NCBI GenBank assembly: GCA_029862185.1
Contig: JAOTXX010000002.1
Span: 23,162 to 87,161, forward strand
Direction of reading: 5' to 3'
Length of the DNA stretch: 64,000 nucleotides
Source of the DNA: Myxococcales bacterium
GTDB taxonomy: Bacteria; Myxococcota_A; Polyangia; Polyangiales; Houyiibacteriaceae
Of this stretch, positions 1 through 9,330 are shown in pieces (positions within the stretch are counted from its first letter, which is position 1; every line of letters starts with the position of its first letter). A model generated the notes under the pieces. It ran no database searches and was not told where the DNA came from. It saw nothing but the letters and a program-made list of their open reading frames with translations. A program made the position numbers and the translations under genes.

Positions 1-1
1 C

Positions 2-1963
2 TCCTCCGTCCTTTTGCGCCGCCTGCACCACGTAGAAGCGACGCGCCTTCGCATCACCGAGGGGCGGGTGGGCCTGCCGGAGCTCGCATCCGGGCACGAG
101 TACTTCGGTTTGCACTTTAGGGATGGTCACTGGGTGCTTCGCGAGTGGGCGCCCAACGCGGTTTCGATCCACGTGAAGGGGCCATTCTCCGATTGGCGGC
201 CGGATCCGAGGTATGCGCTTTCCCGCGAAGGAGGAGAGGGCGTCTGGAAGATCGAGCTTCCCGAGGCGATGCTCTCTCACGGGGATCCCTATCGGCTCGA
301 GGTTCGCTGGCCGGGCGGGGGCGGCGACCGGCTGCCCGCCTGGGCCCGCCGGGTCGTGCGCGATGAGTCGTCGGGCAGCTTCAACGCGCAGGTCTGGCGC
401 CCGTCGAGTCCCTACGTCTGGCGTCATTCGCGGCCCGCTCGTCCGTCGGCGCCGCTGCTCGTCTACGAAGCCCACGTCGGGATGGCGCAAGCGGAACCGA
501 AAGTCGGCACCTACGAAGAGTTCCGCACCAACGTCCTGCCGCGAATCCGGGATGCCGGCTACGAGGCGGTGCAGATCATGGCGCTTGCCGAGCATCCTTA
601 CTACGCCTCGTTCGGGTATCAGGTGTCGAGCTACTTTGCGTGTTCGTCGCGCTTTGGAACCCCCGAAGAGCTCAAAGCCCTGGTCGACGACGCGCACGGG
701 ATGGGGCTGCGCATCTTCATGGACCTGGTCCATTCGCACGCTGGACGAAACGAGGTCGAAGGCATCTCCTCGCAGGACGGCACCCAAAGCCTGTACTTCC
801 ACGAAGGCCCGCGCGGCGAGCATCCGGCGTGGAACTCGCGCTGCTTCGACTACGCCAAGCCTCAGGTCCTCCACTTCTTGCTCTCGAACTGCCGTTTCTG
901 GATGGACGAGTTCCGCATGGACGGCTTTCGATTCGATGGCGTCACGAGCATGCTCTACCTGGACCACGGCCTTTCGCGCGTTTTTGCAGGCTACGACGAC
1001 TACTTCGGTCCGAACGTCGACGAGGACGCGCTCGCTTACCTGACTCTCGCGAACGAGCTGATCCACGAGCTCTGGCCCGACGCGGTGACCATCGCCGAGG
1101 ACGTGTCCGGGTATCCGGGGCTGGCCTCGCCTCTCTCCGACGGTGGCGCGGGCTTCGACTGCCGCTTCGCCATGGGCGTCGCGGACACCTGGATCGAGCT
1201 CACCAAAGACGTGCCCGACGAGAAATGGTCGCTCGCCGAGCTCTGGCATGAGCTGACCAACCGCCGGCGTGACGAGGGGACCATCAGCTATGCGGAGTCC
1301 CACGACCAGGCCTTGGTCGGGGACCAGACCCTCATCTTTCGCCTCATCGGGCCGCGCATGTACGACAGCATGTCAGTCCATAGCCAGGACCTCTCGGTCG
1401 AGCGCGGCATCGCCCTGCACAAGATGATTCGACTCGCCACCTTGGCCACGGCGGGGCAGGGCTACCTCAACTTCATGGGCAACGAGTTCGGGCACCCGGA
1501 GTGGATCGACTTCCCGCGCGAAGGGAACCAGTGGTCCTACGCCTATGCACGGCGGCAGTGGCCGCTCGCTGACGATGAAGAGCTACGCTTTCGCCACCTT
1601 GCCGCCTTCGACCACGATTTGATCGCGATGGCCCGCGCATACGGCATCCCGGACGGCCGGGACGAATTCCTGCTTCATAGCGACGAAGAAAACAAAATCT
1701 TGGCTTGGCTGCGCGGGGAGCTCGTAATTGCCATGAACTTTCATCCGAGTCGCTCGTTCACCGACTACAGGATTCCCTCGTCGCCGGGCACGTACCGCAC
1801 GGTCCTCGATACGGACCGGCCCGAGTACGGCGGCTTCAGTCGACAGGCCGCCGACATTTCCCACCACGCGATGCCCGATCGAATCGAACGGCACTTTCTG
1901 AGCTTGTACCTGCCGTCACGAACAGCCTTGGTGCTCGCACCGGCGACTCGGACAGATCGGTGA
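2..1963 (+). CDS. glgB: 1,4-alpha-glucan branching enzyme, GH13 (eukaryote-like GH13_8 type); 5' end probably outside the window
   Basis: Motifs REWAPNA, YEAHVGM, YYASFGYQV, DGFRFDGVTSMLY, IAEDVSG, YAESHDQALVGD, YLNFMGNEFGHPEWIDFPREGN. The frame is open to the window edge. Confidence 0.93.
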   Translation, partial: SSVLLRRLHHVEATRLRITEGRVGLPELASGHEYFGLHFRDGHWVLREWAPNAVSIHVKGPFSDWRPDPRYALSREGGEGVWKIELPEAMLSHGDPYRLEVRWPGGGGDRLPAWARRVVRDESSGSFNAQVWRPSSPYVWRHSRPARPSAPLLVYEAHVGMAQAEPKVGTYEEFRTNVLPRIRDAGYEAVQIMALAEHPYYASFGYQVSSYFACSSRFGTPEELKALVDDAHGMGLRIFMDLVHSHAGRNEVEGISSQDGTQSLYFHEGPRGEHPAWNSRCFDYAKPQVLHFLLSNCRFWMDEFRMDGFRFDGVTSMLYLDHGLSRVFAGYDDYFGPNVDEDALAYLTLANELIHELWPDAVTIAEDVSGYPGLASPLSDGGAGFDCRFAMGVADTWIELTKDVPDEKWSLAELWHELTNRRRDEGTISYAESHDQALVGDQTLIFRLIGPRMYDSMSVHSQDLSVERGIALHKMIRLATLATAGQGYLNFMGNEFGHPEWIDFPREGNQWSYAYARRQWPLADDEELRFRHLAAFDHDLIAMARAYGIPDGRDEFLLHSDEENKILAWLRGELVIAMNFHPSRSFTDYRIPSSPGTYRTVLDTDRPEYGGFSRQAADISHHAMPDRIERHFLSLYLPSRTALVLAPATRTDR

Positions 1964-3915
1964 GCGACGGAGGTCATGACTGGAAGCCGGAGCAGGCCCG
2001 CAAGTCCTTGGGGCGTTTGCTTCCCGAGCTCGAAGAAGCGTTTGCGGCGCAACTGGAGCCGTTCGCGTTCGACTGGCACCGCTTCAAGAACCGGCTTCAA
2101 CGCGAATGGGAGCGCTTGTTCACGTATCTGCACGAGCTCTACGGCTGGCAGTACGATTTTCACTACACCTTGGAGCGCGTTCTACGCTCATTGATTCAGT
2201 CGTGGCTCGAGCGTCCCGAAGCTTTGCGTCGCCTCGACGAGAGGCGTGAAGCGGACCCCGAGTGGTTCCAGTCGCAGGAGATGGTGGGCATCGTCCTCTA
2301 TGTGGATCTCTTCAGCGACCGCTTGGCCAAGCTCAAGGACCACATCCCCTACTTCAAAAAGCTGGGGCTCACCTACCTGCACTTGATGCCTCTCTTCGTC
2401 TCTCCACACGGAGAAAACGACGGGGGCTACGCAGTCAGCGACTACCGCTCCATCAATCCCGACCTCGGAAGCATCGACGATCTCGAAGAAGTCACCGCGG
2501 TCTTGCGCGAGGAGGGAATCAGCGTCGTGCTCGACCTGGTATTTAACCACACGTCCGACGAACACCAGTGGGCCCTGCGGGCGAAGGCTGGCGATCCAGA
2601 CTTCATGGCCTTCTATTTCACCTTTCCCGACCGTGAGCTCCCCGATCAGTTCCAGCGCTACTTGCGGGACATCTTCCCAGAGGCGCGTGCGGGCAGCTTC
2701 ACCTGGAACGATGAGCTCGGGCGCTGGGTCTGGACCACGTTCAACAGCTATCAGTGGGACCTGAACTATGCCAACGCAGAAGTCTTCCGCGCGATGGCCG
2801 AAGAAATGTTGTTTCTCGCGAACCGCGGCGTCGAGGTCTTGCGGCTCGACGCGGTTGCGTTTCTTTGGAAGCGGCTAGGCACGGACTGCGAGAACCAGCC
2901 TGAGGCGCACACGATCATCCGCGCCTTCAACGCCATGGCGCGAATCGCCGCGCCGGCTTTGCTCTTCAAGTCCGAGGCGATCGTTCACCCGAACGAGGTG
3001 ATCCGGTATGTCCACCCCGACGAGTGCCAGCTGTCCTACAATCCTCTTCTCATGGCGCTTCTTTGGGAGGCCCTGGCGACCCAGGACGTGCGGCTCCTCT
3101 CTCACTCGATGCGCACCCGCTACCGGCTTGCTGCGGGTTGCGCCTGGGTGAACTACTTGCGCTGCCACGACGACATCGGATGGACTTTCGACGATGACGA
3201 TGCGCGCAGCATCGGCATCAATCCAGCCGCACATCGTCGGTTTCTAAGCCAGTTCTACACCGGTGAGTTCCAGGGCTCTTACGCACGCGGGACGAAGTTC
3301 CAGCAAAACGCGCTGACGGGTGACGTTCGCGTCGCCGGGACGCTGTCTTCGCTCGCCGGCCTCGAAGATGCGATCGAACGAAACGACAGCGAGTTGATCG
3401 AGCGCGCTGTCCGGCGGATCACCTTACTCATGGGGATCCAGGTGAGCATCGGCGGCCTCCCGCTTCTGTACGCGGGCGACGAGTACGGCATGATCAACGA
3501 CTACACCTACCTGACCGATCCACGAAAGGTCAACGACAGCCGCTGGGTGCACCGCTGCAAAAAGCGCTGGGAGGCCCAGGAAGACCTCGCCGATGTCGAT
3601 ACGATCGAGTGGCGCTTCTTCCGCGAGACCTCGAAACTGTTCAAGCTCCGAAAACAGCTCCCAGCCCTCTACAACGGTGGCATGGAGGTCGTCGACACGG
3701 GCAATCCCCATCTGTTCGCCTACCTTCGGTCGCACGCCGAGCAGCGCTTGCTGGTGGTCGCCAATTTCTCCGAAGCGACTCAAACGTCCGACGCAAGGTT
3801 CATGCTCCCCTGGGTTCCCGAGGGCGAAGCGCTCGACTGCCTGAGTGGCCACCGGGTCGCGCTCGCCGAGGGGCTCGTCCTCGAGCACCACCGCGCGGTC
3901 TGGTTGGAGCTGTGA
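1960..3915 (+). CDS. amylosucrase/sucrose hydrolase-like GH13_4 enzyme
   Basis: NDGGYAVSDY, RLDAVAFLWK (nucleophile), FKSEAIV (acid/base), YLRCHDDIGW, DSRWVHR. GTG at 1960 overlaps the glgB stop (GTGA). Confidence 0.88.
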   Translation: MSDGGHDWKPEQARKSLGRLLPELEEAFAAQLEPFAFDWHRFKNRLQREWERLFTYLHELYGWQYDFHYTLERVLRSLIQSWLERPEALRRLDERREADPEWFQSQEMVGIVLYVDLFSDRLAKLKDHIPYFKKLGLTYLHLMPLFVSPHGENDGGYAVSDYRSINPDLGSIDDLEEVTAVLREEGISVVLDLVFNHTSDEHQWALRAKAGDPDFMAFYFTFPDRELPDQFQRYLRDIFPEARAGSFTWNDELGRWVWTTFNSYQWDLNYANAEVFRAMAEEMLFLANRGVEVLRLDAVAFLWKRLGTDCENQPEAHTIIRAFNAMARIAAPALLFKSEAIVHPNEVIRYVHPDECQLSYNPLLMALLWEALATQDVRLLSHSMRTRYRLAAGCAWVNYLRCHDDIGWTFDDDDARSIGINPAAHRRFLSQFYTGEFQGSYARGTKFQQNALTGDVRVAGTLSSLAGLEDAIERNDSELIERAVRRITLLMGIQVSIGGLPLLYAGDEYGMINDYTYLTDPRKVNDSRWVHRCKKRWEAQEDLADVDTIEWRFFRETSKLFKLRKQLPALYNGGMEVVDTGNPHLFAYLRSHAEQRLLVVANFSEATQTSDARFMLPWVPEGEALDCLSGHRVALAEGLVLEHHRAVWLEL

Positions 3916-3951
3916 CGCTGCCGTCAGCCGAGCCGAGCCGGGCGTAGGCGC

Positions 3952-5430
3952 CTAGGCGTTTGCGATCGCCTCGGCGGTTCGCACGCCGCCGAGCGCAACA
4001 GCAAGCGTGCTCTGCCCAAGCAGGACGGAATCACCCACGAGATAGAGGCCCGGCGTCGCCTCGCGCGGCCATAGCGCCCGAGGTCGGTAGTGCTTCCATC
4101 CGACGCGCCTCGGCACCCCACCGACGTAGCCCAAGTGCCTTCCGGTGAACCGGGCGAAGGTCCGTGGGCTCGCCGTCATCTGGAACTTGGCATGGTCGAG
4201 AAGCTCGGGCGCGCGCCGTCCGATGGTCTCTCGCATTCGGTTTTGGATGTCCGCAATGTAGACGCCCTGATGTTCGGGCCCGAGCGCGCGGAGCTTCTGC
4301 ATGGGTACGTGGGTCGAAATCGTTGCGGTTCGCTGTCCCGCCGGCGCCCGTTCGTGCTCGTCGGCTGCGCTGATCGAGCAGAAAACGTGATTGCCTTCGA
4401 TGAACGGGGCGCTTTCGTCATCGACGAGCTGCAAATGCTTTGCGTCTGATCCACCCACGGCGTCGGAGTCAACGGCGAGGTAGAGCATGGCAGCGCCCCA
4501 TCCGGACGCCACCGCGGCTTCGACATCGTGAAGCGCGCCATTCACCTCGGGCCCTGCGATTCCCGGGAGCGATTGAGGCAGTACGTTGGCGACGACGGTT
4601 CGCGCTTGGAGCTCCCCATTTCGCGTGTCGACGCGCCAACCTCCGCCTTGGCGCCGAAGCCCCCGAACCCGATTGGCAAGCGAGACCGTGCCACCGGCCC
4701 GATCGATTGCATCGGTCAAAGCCCAGGCGAGGCTCCCAATGCCACCGTGTACGTGGCCTGTGCCGCGGAAGAAGTAGTCGACCGCGGCCATGGCAAATGG
4801 TGCTTCGGCCTCTGCAGAGCTTGCCTGCACCGTGATCTGGCTGACCGCGTCGAGGTAGACCCGCAGTGGTTCCCAGCCTGTCAGACCGTGACTCGACACG
4901 ACGTCCGAGAGCGGTCGTCCCATCCACCGGACGACGGGCGCGTACGAAAGCGACCGGCTCAGATGGCGCAAGACGGCGCTGCCACTCAGTGGCGGGAGGA
5001 GGGTCGGGTCTTCGAACAGCTTCCACAGCGCGTTGGCGACACCGCGCTGCGTAGCAAAAAAGGAGCGCAGGGCTTTCGAATCGGCGCCCGGCAGCTCCGC
5101 GAACCGGCGAACAAAGGCGTCGGGGTCCGGGGGGATCGGGAGCGACCACTGCCCCGTTCGAAGCTCGACGAGCGGATCGAGCGGGTCGAACCGAACGCCA
5201 AGGTCCCACTTGTCGTTCCAGTTGGAGAAGAGCTGCCCATCGCCGAGCCCGGAGAACAGCGTGGCGCCGGCTTCGAACTGGTAGCCGCTCCGCGTGAAGG
5301 TGCTCGCGCAGCCTCCCGGATAGCGAAGTGTTTCACAAAGCACGACGTCGGCGCCGAGCTCGGCGAGTCGCAGCGCGGACGCAAGGCCTCCAAAGCCAGC
5401 GCCAATCACGACGACATCGGGATTTTTCAT
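3952..5430 (-). CDS. FAD-dependent phytoene desaturase family oxidoreductase (CrtD/CrtH-like)
   Basis: VVVIGAGFGG Rossmann motif, PGGCASTF.R.GYQFEAGAT, SPRTFARFT, GLYLVGDS. Start placed at MKNPD. Confidence 0.82.
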   Translation of the reverse strand: MKNPDVVVIGAGFGGLASALRLAELGADVVLCETLRYPGGCASTFTRSGYQFEAGATLFSGLGDGQLFSNWNDKWDLGVRFDPLDPLVELRTGQWSLPIPPDPDAFVRRFAELPGADSKALRSFFATQRGVANALWKLFEDPTLLPPLSGSAVLRHLSRSLSYAPVVRWMGRPLSDVVSSHGLTGWEPLRVYLDAVSQITVQASSAEAEAPFAMAAVDYFFRGTGHVHGGIGSLAWALTDAIDRAGGTVSLANRVRGLRRQGGGWRVDTRNGELQARTVVANVLPQSLPGIAGPEVNGALHDVEAAVASGWGAAMLYLAVDSDAVGGSDAKHLQLVDDESAPFIEGNHVFCSISAADEHERAPAGQRTATISTHVPMQKLRALGPEHQGVYIADIQNRMRETIGRRAPELLDHAKFQMTASPRTFARFTGRHLGYVGGVPRRVGWKHYRPRALWPREATPGLYLVGDSVLLGQSTLAVALGGVRTAEAIANA

Positions 5431-5479
5431 CGAGACCGCTCTAAGGCCCATCGCCAGAAACGTCAGGGCTGAACCAGCG

Positions 5480-5944
5480 CTAGACACCCATGCGTGTGCC
5501 CGCATCGAGCGTCTGGTGCAGCCAATAGGTCACCAGGCCGGCCCTTGCCGACCAGGCGATTGTCCGGAGCCAGTTCGAGCGCACGAGCATGCGCCAGCTT
5601 CGTTCATCGAAACCGGAGGCGAGCTGGCTGTGCGCCGGAACCTGGAGCAGAAACGTCGACGTCCAGATGAACGCGATCAGCCCGATTCCAAGCCAGATTT
5701 GCGATGGGGTCTGGACGCGAAGCGGCGCCCAAAGAAACGCAAGGCCCGAGATCGCTTCGGCGATCATCAAGGGTGCGACGATGAGCGAAATCGAGTTGGC
5801 GTGATGGGTATGAAATGCCGGGAAAGACGCAGAATCCACCTGCGCGAACGACGGATATTGCACCAGCTGTACGAACCAGATGATGCCCGTCATCGCCCAG
5901 GTGGTCGCGGCTTGGATGAGAAGCGTCACCATGGTCACGCCCAT
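5480..5944 (-). CDS. conserved 4-TM membrane protein of unknown function
   Basis: Four hydrophobic segments with MTGIIWFVQLVQYP, QVPAH and NWLRT motifs. Its start overlaps the upstream regulator stop (TAATG). Confidence 0.75.
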   Translation of the reverse strand: MGVTMVTLLIQAATTWAMTGIIWFVQLVQYPSFAQVDSASFPAFHTHHANSISLIVAPLMIAEAISGLAFLWAPLRVQTPSQIWLGIGLIAFIWTSTFLLQVPAHSQLASGFDERSWRMLVRSNWLRTIAWSARAGLVTYWLHQTLDAGTRMGV

Positions 5945-6243
5945 TAGGAACGGACCGCTCGGACGAGCTCGCCTACCGAGTGCTCGGCCTCGATCGGGTG
6001 GCGAAGGGGCTCGCCCTCATTGACTTCGTAGTGGGTTCGGCGTCCCTGTCGGGTTCGAACGATCACCTTGGCCTCCTCCAGCTCCCTGAGGATACGCTGC
6101 ACGGCGCGCTCGGTGACACCCACGGCCTGTGCGATTTCGCGGACGCGGACGTTGGAGTCTCGGGCGATGCAGACCAGTACATGCCCGTGATTACTGAGAA
6201 AAGTCCATGTTGTGGAGGTTTTTGGCGGCCCGTTGCTATTCAT
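5944..6243 (-). CDS. winged helix-turn-helix transcriptional regulator (MarR/ArsR-like)
   Basis: WTFLSNHGHVL...VREIAQAVGVTERAVQRILRELEE...RQGRRTHY...LRHP. Confidence 0.88.
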   Translation of the reverse strand: MNSNGPPKTSTTWTFLSNHGHVLVCIARDSNVRVREIAQAVGVTERAVQRILRELEEAKVIVRTRQGRRTHYEVNEGEPLRHPIEAEHSVGELVRAVRS

Positions 6244-6313
6244 ATGACTTCCTTTACATAAAACACAATGCAGGCATTGACAAGCCTGTATTTCATATCA
6301 TGTTTCAAATCTC
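6244..6313. promoter_or_regulatory. divergent promoter region with an inverted repeat around a TTGACA box
   Basis: AT-rich 70-bp gap between divergent starts. AATGCAGGC (6267-6275) and GCCTGTATT (6284-6292) flank TTGACA (6277-6282). Confidence 0.6.
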
Positions 6314-7996
6314 ATGAATGAAAGGCCTGTAGCCGTCAGTTCCTCACGTCCGTCGCCGCTTCGCCGCGCCCGTCAGCTCCTTGCGCTCGACGGGCAGGAC
6401 ATCGGCGTCATCGTCGTTTACGGCGTGGCGCTCGGGCTCCTCTCGCTCGCGGTGCCCGTCGCGGTCCAGTCCCTCGTCAATACCGTCGCCTTCGGCTCTT
6501 TGATTCAGCCGCTCGTCGTCTTGACGGTCCTGTTGGCCGTCGCGCTGACGGGCGCGGCCATTCTTCGCGCGCTCCAAGTACGCGTGGCCGAGATGCTGCA
6601 GCGCCGGCTGTTCGTCCGCATCGTGACCGAAATCGGTGCTCGTTTGCCGCGCGTCAGCGGCACGGCGCTTCGGGATGCCAATGGGCCCGAGCTACTGAAC
6701 CGGTTCTTCGACGTGTTCACGATCCAAAAGAGCGTGGCCTCGCTGCTCCTTGGCGGCGTCGACGCCGTCCTGATTGCACTGGTCGGCCTGATGGTTCTGG
6801 CGTTCTATCACCCGGCGCTCCTCGCGTTCGACCTGGTGCTCATCGTCGGAGCCGTGCTCGTCTTGATTCCGCTCGGGCGTGGCGGCACAGGCACGAGCGT
6901 CGCCGAGTCCAAAGCCAAGTACGCCGTGGCCGGATGGCTCGAGGAGATGGCGCGGCATCCCCTGTCGTTCAAGCTCGCTGGGGGCGAGGAGCTTGCGCGG
7001 ACCCAAGTGGAGACGCTGGCCAGATCGTATCTCGACAAGCGTGATCGACACTTTCGAGTCGTTTTTCGTCAGCTGGTTGGCGCATTCGCAATCGAAGTCG
7101 TGGCGAGCGTGGCCTTGCTCGCCGTAGGCGGTTTGCTCGTGATCGAGCGTCAACTTTCGATTGGTCAACTCGTCGCCGCCGAGCTCATCGTGACCGCAGT
7201 CGTCGCGTCGATTGCGAAGCTCGGAGGTAAGGTGGAGATTTTTTACGACCTCGTGGCCGCTGTTGACAAGCTCGGCGAGATCCTCGACCTGCCCTTGGAA
7301 CGCCCCGATGGCGAGCTCTCGCCGCCAGGCGGCGGAGCCAGCCTTGGGCTCGTCCTTCACAAAGTGGAGGTCGATCGGGAGCCGGGTGTTGCCCCGCTTC
7401 GAGTCTCGTTCAAGGTCGAACCCGGTGAGCGCCTGGCGATCGCTGGGATGGAACGGGATACCACCGCGACGATCGACGCCATCTTTGGACTACGCGCTCC
7501 GTCCGCAGGCGTGATCGAAATGGACGGGCACGACGTCCGCGACCTTGCCTTGCGCGAGCTGCGCAGCCGCATCGCGCTCGTCCGCGGCACAGAGATATTC
7601 CCCGGCTGCATTTTAGACAATCTTCGCGCCGCGAACCCAGACCTAACTGCCGAGGAGGCATGGGAAGCCTTGGGCCAGGTCGGCCTGGCCGAGACGGTGA
7701 AGGCTCTTCCAATGGGGCTGCAGACGCCGATCCTCAGAGATGGCGCGCCGCTCACGCGAACCCAGGGGATTGCGCTCACGATTGCAAGAGCGGTGGCTGG
7801 AAGGCCCTCCTTGTTGATCCTCGACCGTACCTTGGATCGGATGGCCTCCGACGCAGGCGTCCGCATCGCCGATCGCTTGTCGGCCAAGCGCGATTGCTCG
7901 CTGCTGATTGTTGCCGAGGACGCTGCCGTCTTGGGACGAATGGATCGGCATCTTCAGGTGTCCGACACAATCCGACAGGAAGGAGAGGCAGCATGA
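6314..7996 (+). CDS. type I secretion-like ABC exporter (TMD+NBD) with degenerate nucleotide-binding domain
   Basis: ABC transmembrane domain (VPVAVQSLVN, ELLNRFFDV, IGQLVAAELIV) followed by an NBD-like region (IEMDGHDV, IFPGCILDNL, LPMGLQT, RPSLLILD). There is no Walker A GxxGxGK. Confidence 0.85.
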   Translation: MNERPVAVSSSRPSPLRRARQLLALDGQDIGVIVVYGVALGLLSLAVPVAVQSLVNTVAFGSLIQPLVVLTVLLAVALTGAAILRALQVRVAEMLQRRLFVRIVTEIGARLPRVSGTALRDANGPELLNRFFDVFTIQKSVASLLLGGVDAVLIALVGLMVLAFYHPALLAFDLVLIVGAVLVLIPLGRGGTGTSVAESKAKYAVAGWLEEMARHPLSFKLAGGEELARTQVETLARSYLDKRDRHFRVVFRQLVGAFAIEVVASVALLAVGGLLVIERQLSIGQLVAAELIVTAVVASIAKLGGKVEIFYDLVAAVDKLGEILDLPLERPDGELSPPGGGASLGLVLHKVEVDREPGVAPLRVSFKVEPGERLAIAGMERDTTATIDAIFGLRAPSAGVIEMDGHDVRDLALRELRSRIALVRGTEIFPGCILDNLRAANPDLTAEEAWEALGQVGLAETVKALPMGLQTPILRDGAPLTRTQGIALTIARAVAGRPSLLILDRTLDRMASDAGVRIADRLSAKRDCSLLIVAEDAAVLGRMDRHLQVSDTIRQEGEAA

Positions 7997-9330
7997 AGGG
8001 GAGATCGATCAACGCCGATCACTGGTCTGGCTTCGAACGCGACACGCTTCCGGAGACCCTGGGTGTCCCCGCACCACGGCGAACGATTGTGGTCGCCCGA
8101 ATCTTGGTTGCCGTCTTTCTCACGTTTTCCCTGGCGGCGCTTCTCGCTCCCTGGACGCAGAACATCCGTGGAAGCGGGCGCGTGTTCGCGTATGCACCCG
8201 ATCAACGCCAGCAGCCCGTCGAGGCGACCATCTCGGGGCGCGTCGAAAAGTGGTTCGTGCAGGAGGGGACGCAGGTCAAAAAGGGTGATCCAATCGTGCA
8301 GCTGACGGACAACGACGAATCGATCCTCGACCGTCTTGGGGCGGAGCGAGCAGCCATCGAAGTCCGACGAATCGCGCAGGCGCAGCGCACCGAGACGCTG
8401 AGCAACCGGATCGAATCCGTGCGTCGCTCGCAGCGCGCGGAGATCGCGGCAACCGAGGCGAACATTCAGATTGCACAGCGCGGCGTCGAGGCAGCCCAGC
8501 AGGATGTTGGGGCAGCGACCGCCGAGCTCGAAACGAACGAGCTCAATCTGCGCCGTCAGCGCGGTCTGTTCGACGATGGTCTCGCGTCTCAACGAGAGCT
8601 CGAGCTTGCAGAGCTCGCGGCGCGACAGAGTAGGGCCAAGGTCGCGTCGGCCAATGCAAGGCTATCGGCCTCACGCAATAAGCTGACTCAAAGCCGCGCA
8701 GCGCTCCGACGAGTCATCGCGGCCACCGAGGCGGAGATCGAGAACGCCGAAGCGAGTTGGCGGAGCGCGGAGACCGAGGTCGCATCGACCAACGCGGCAC
8801 TCGCTCGCCTCGACGTGGGAATTTCGCGTCAACGGGCCCAAACGATCAAGGCGCCGACCGACGGGACGATTCTTCGCGTCGTCGGTCGACTCGGCGGTGA
8901 GCAGGTCAGCCGAGGCGATGTGCTCGCCGTGCTCGTGCCCCAGACCGAAGATCGCGCGGTCGAGCTCTATGTCGACGGCAACGATGCCGCCCTCATCAAG
9001 GCCGGCAGCCCCGTTCGGCTTCAGTTCGAGGGCTGGCCCGCTGTCCAGTTCTCCGGCTGGCCTTCGGTCGCAGTCGGAACATTTGGCGGCCGCGTCGCCT
9101 TTGTCGATGCCAGCGACGATGGGCGTGGAGACTTCCGCATCGTGGTCGTGCCTGACCCCGAGGACAGTCCCTGGCCCGCTGCTAGCTATCTGCGGCAGGG
9201 CGTGCTCGCAAAGGGTTGGGTCTTGCTCAATCGGGTCTCCCTCGGGTTCGAGGTGTGGCGGCAGTTCAATGGTTTCCCGCCAACGACCGATCCACCGCCC
9301 ATGGCGACGACCGGCATGGACGCCAAATGA
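7993..9330 (+). CDS. HlyD-family membrane fusion (periplasmic adaptor) protein
   Basis: N-terminal TM, PWTQNIRGSG, lipoyl-like ISGRVEKWFVQEGTQVKKGD, long coiled coil, IKAPTDG, VRLQFEGWPAVQFSGWP. ATGA overlap with the ABC gene. Confidence 0.9.
   Translation: MKGRSINADHWSGFERDTLPETLGVPAPRRTIVVARILVAVFLTFSLAALLAPWTQNIRGSGRVFAYAPDQRQQPVEATISGRVEKWFVQEGTQVKKGDPIVQLTDNDESILDRLGAERAAIEVRRIAQAQRTETLSNRIESVRRSQRAEIAATEANIQIAQRGVEAAQQDVGAATAELETNELNLRRQRGLFDDGLASQRELELAELAARQSRAKVASANARLSASRNKLTQSRAALRRVIAATEAEIENAEASWRSAETEVASTNAALARLDVGISRQRAQTIKAPTDGTILRVVGRLGGEQVSRGDVLAVLVPQTEDRAVELYVDGNDAALIKAGSPVRLQFEGWPAVQFSGWPSVAVGTFGGRVAFVDASDDGRGDFRIVVVPDPEDSPWPAASYLRQGVLAKGWVLLNRVSLGFEVWRQFNGFPPTTDPPPMATTGMDAK

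Noticed and set aside
1705-1959. N-terminal extensions of ORF-track calls (also 7660, 9216, 10585, 47520, 49841, 50911, 61577)
   Set aside because: They overlap upstream genes in another frame. Downstream starts with stop/start overlaps or an RBS fit better.
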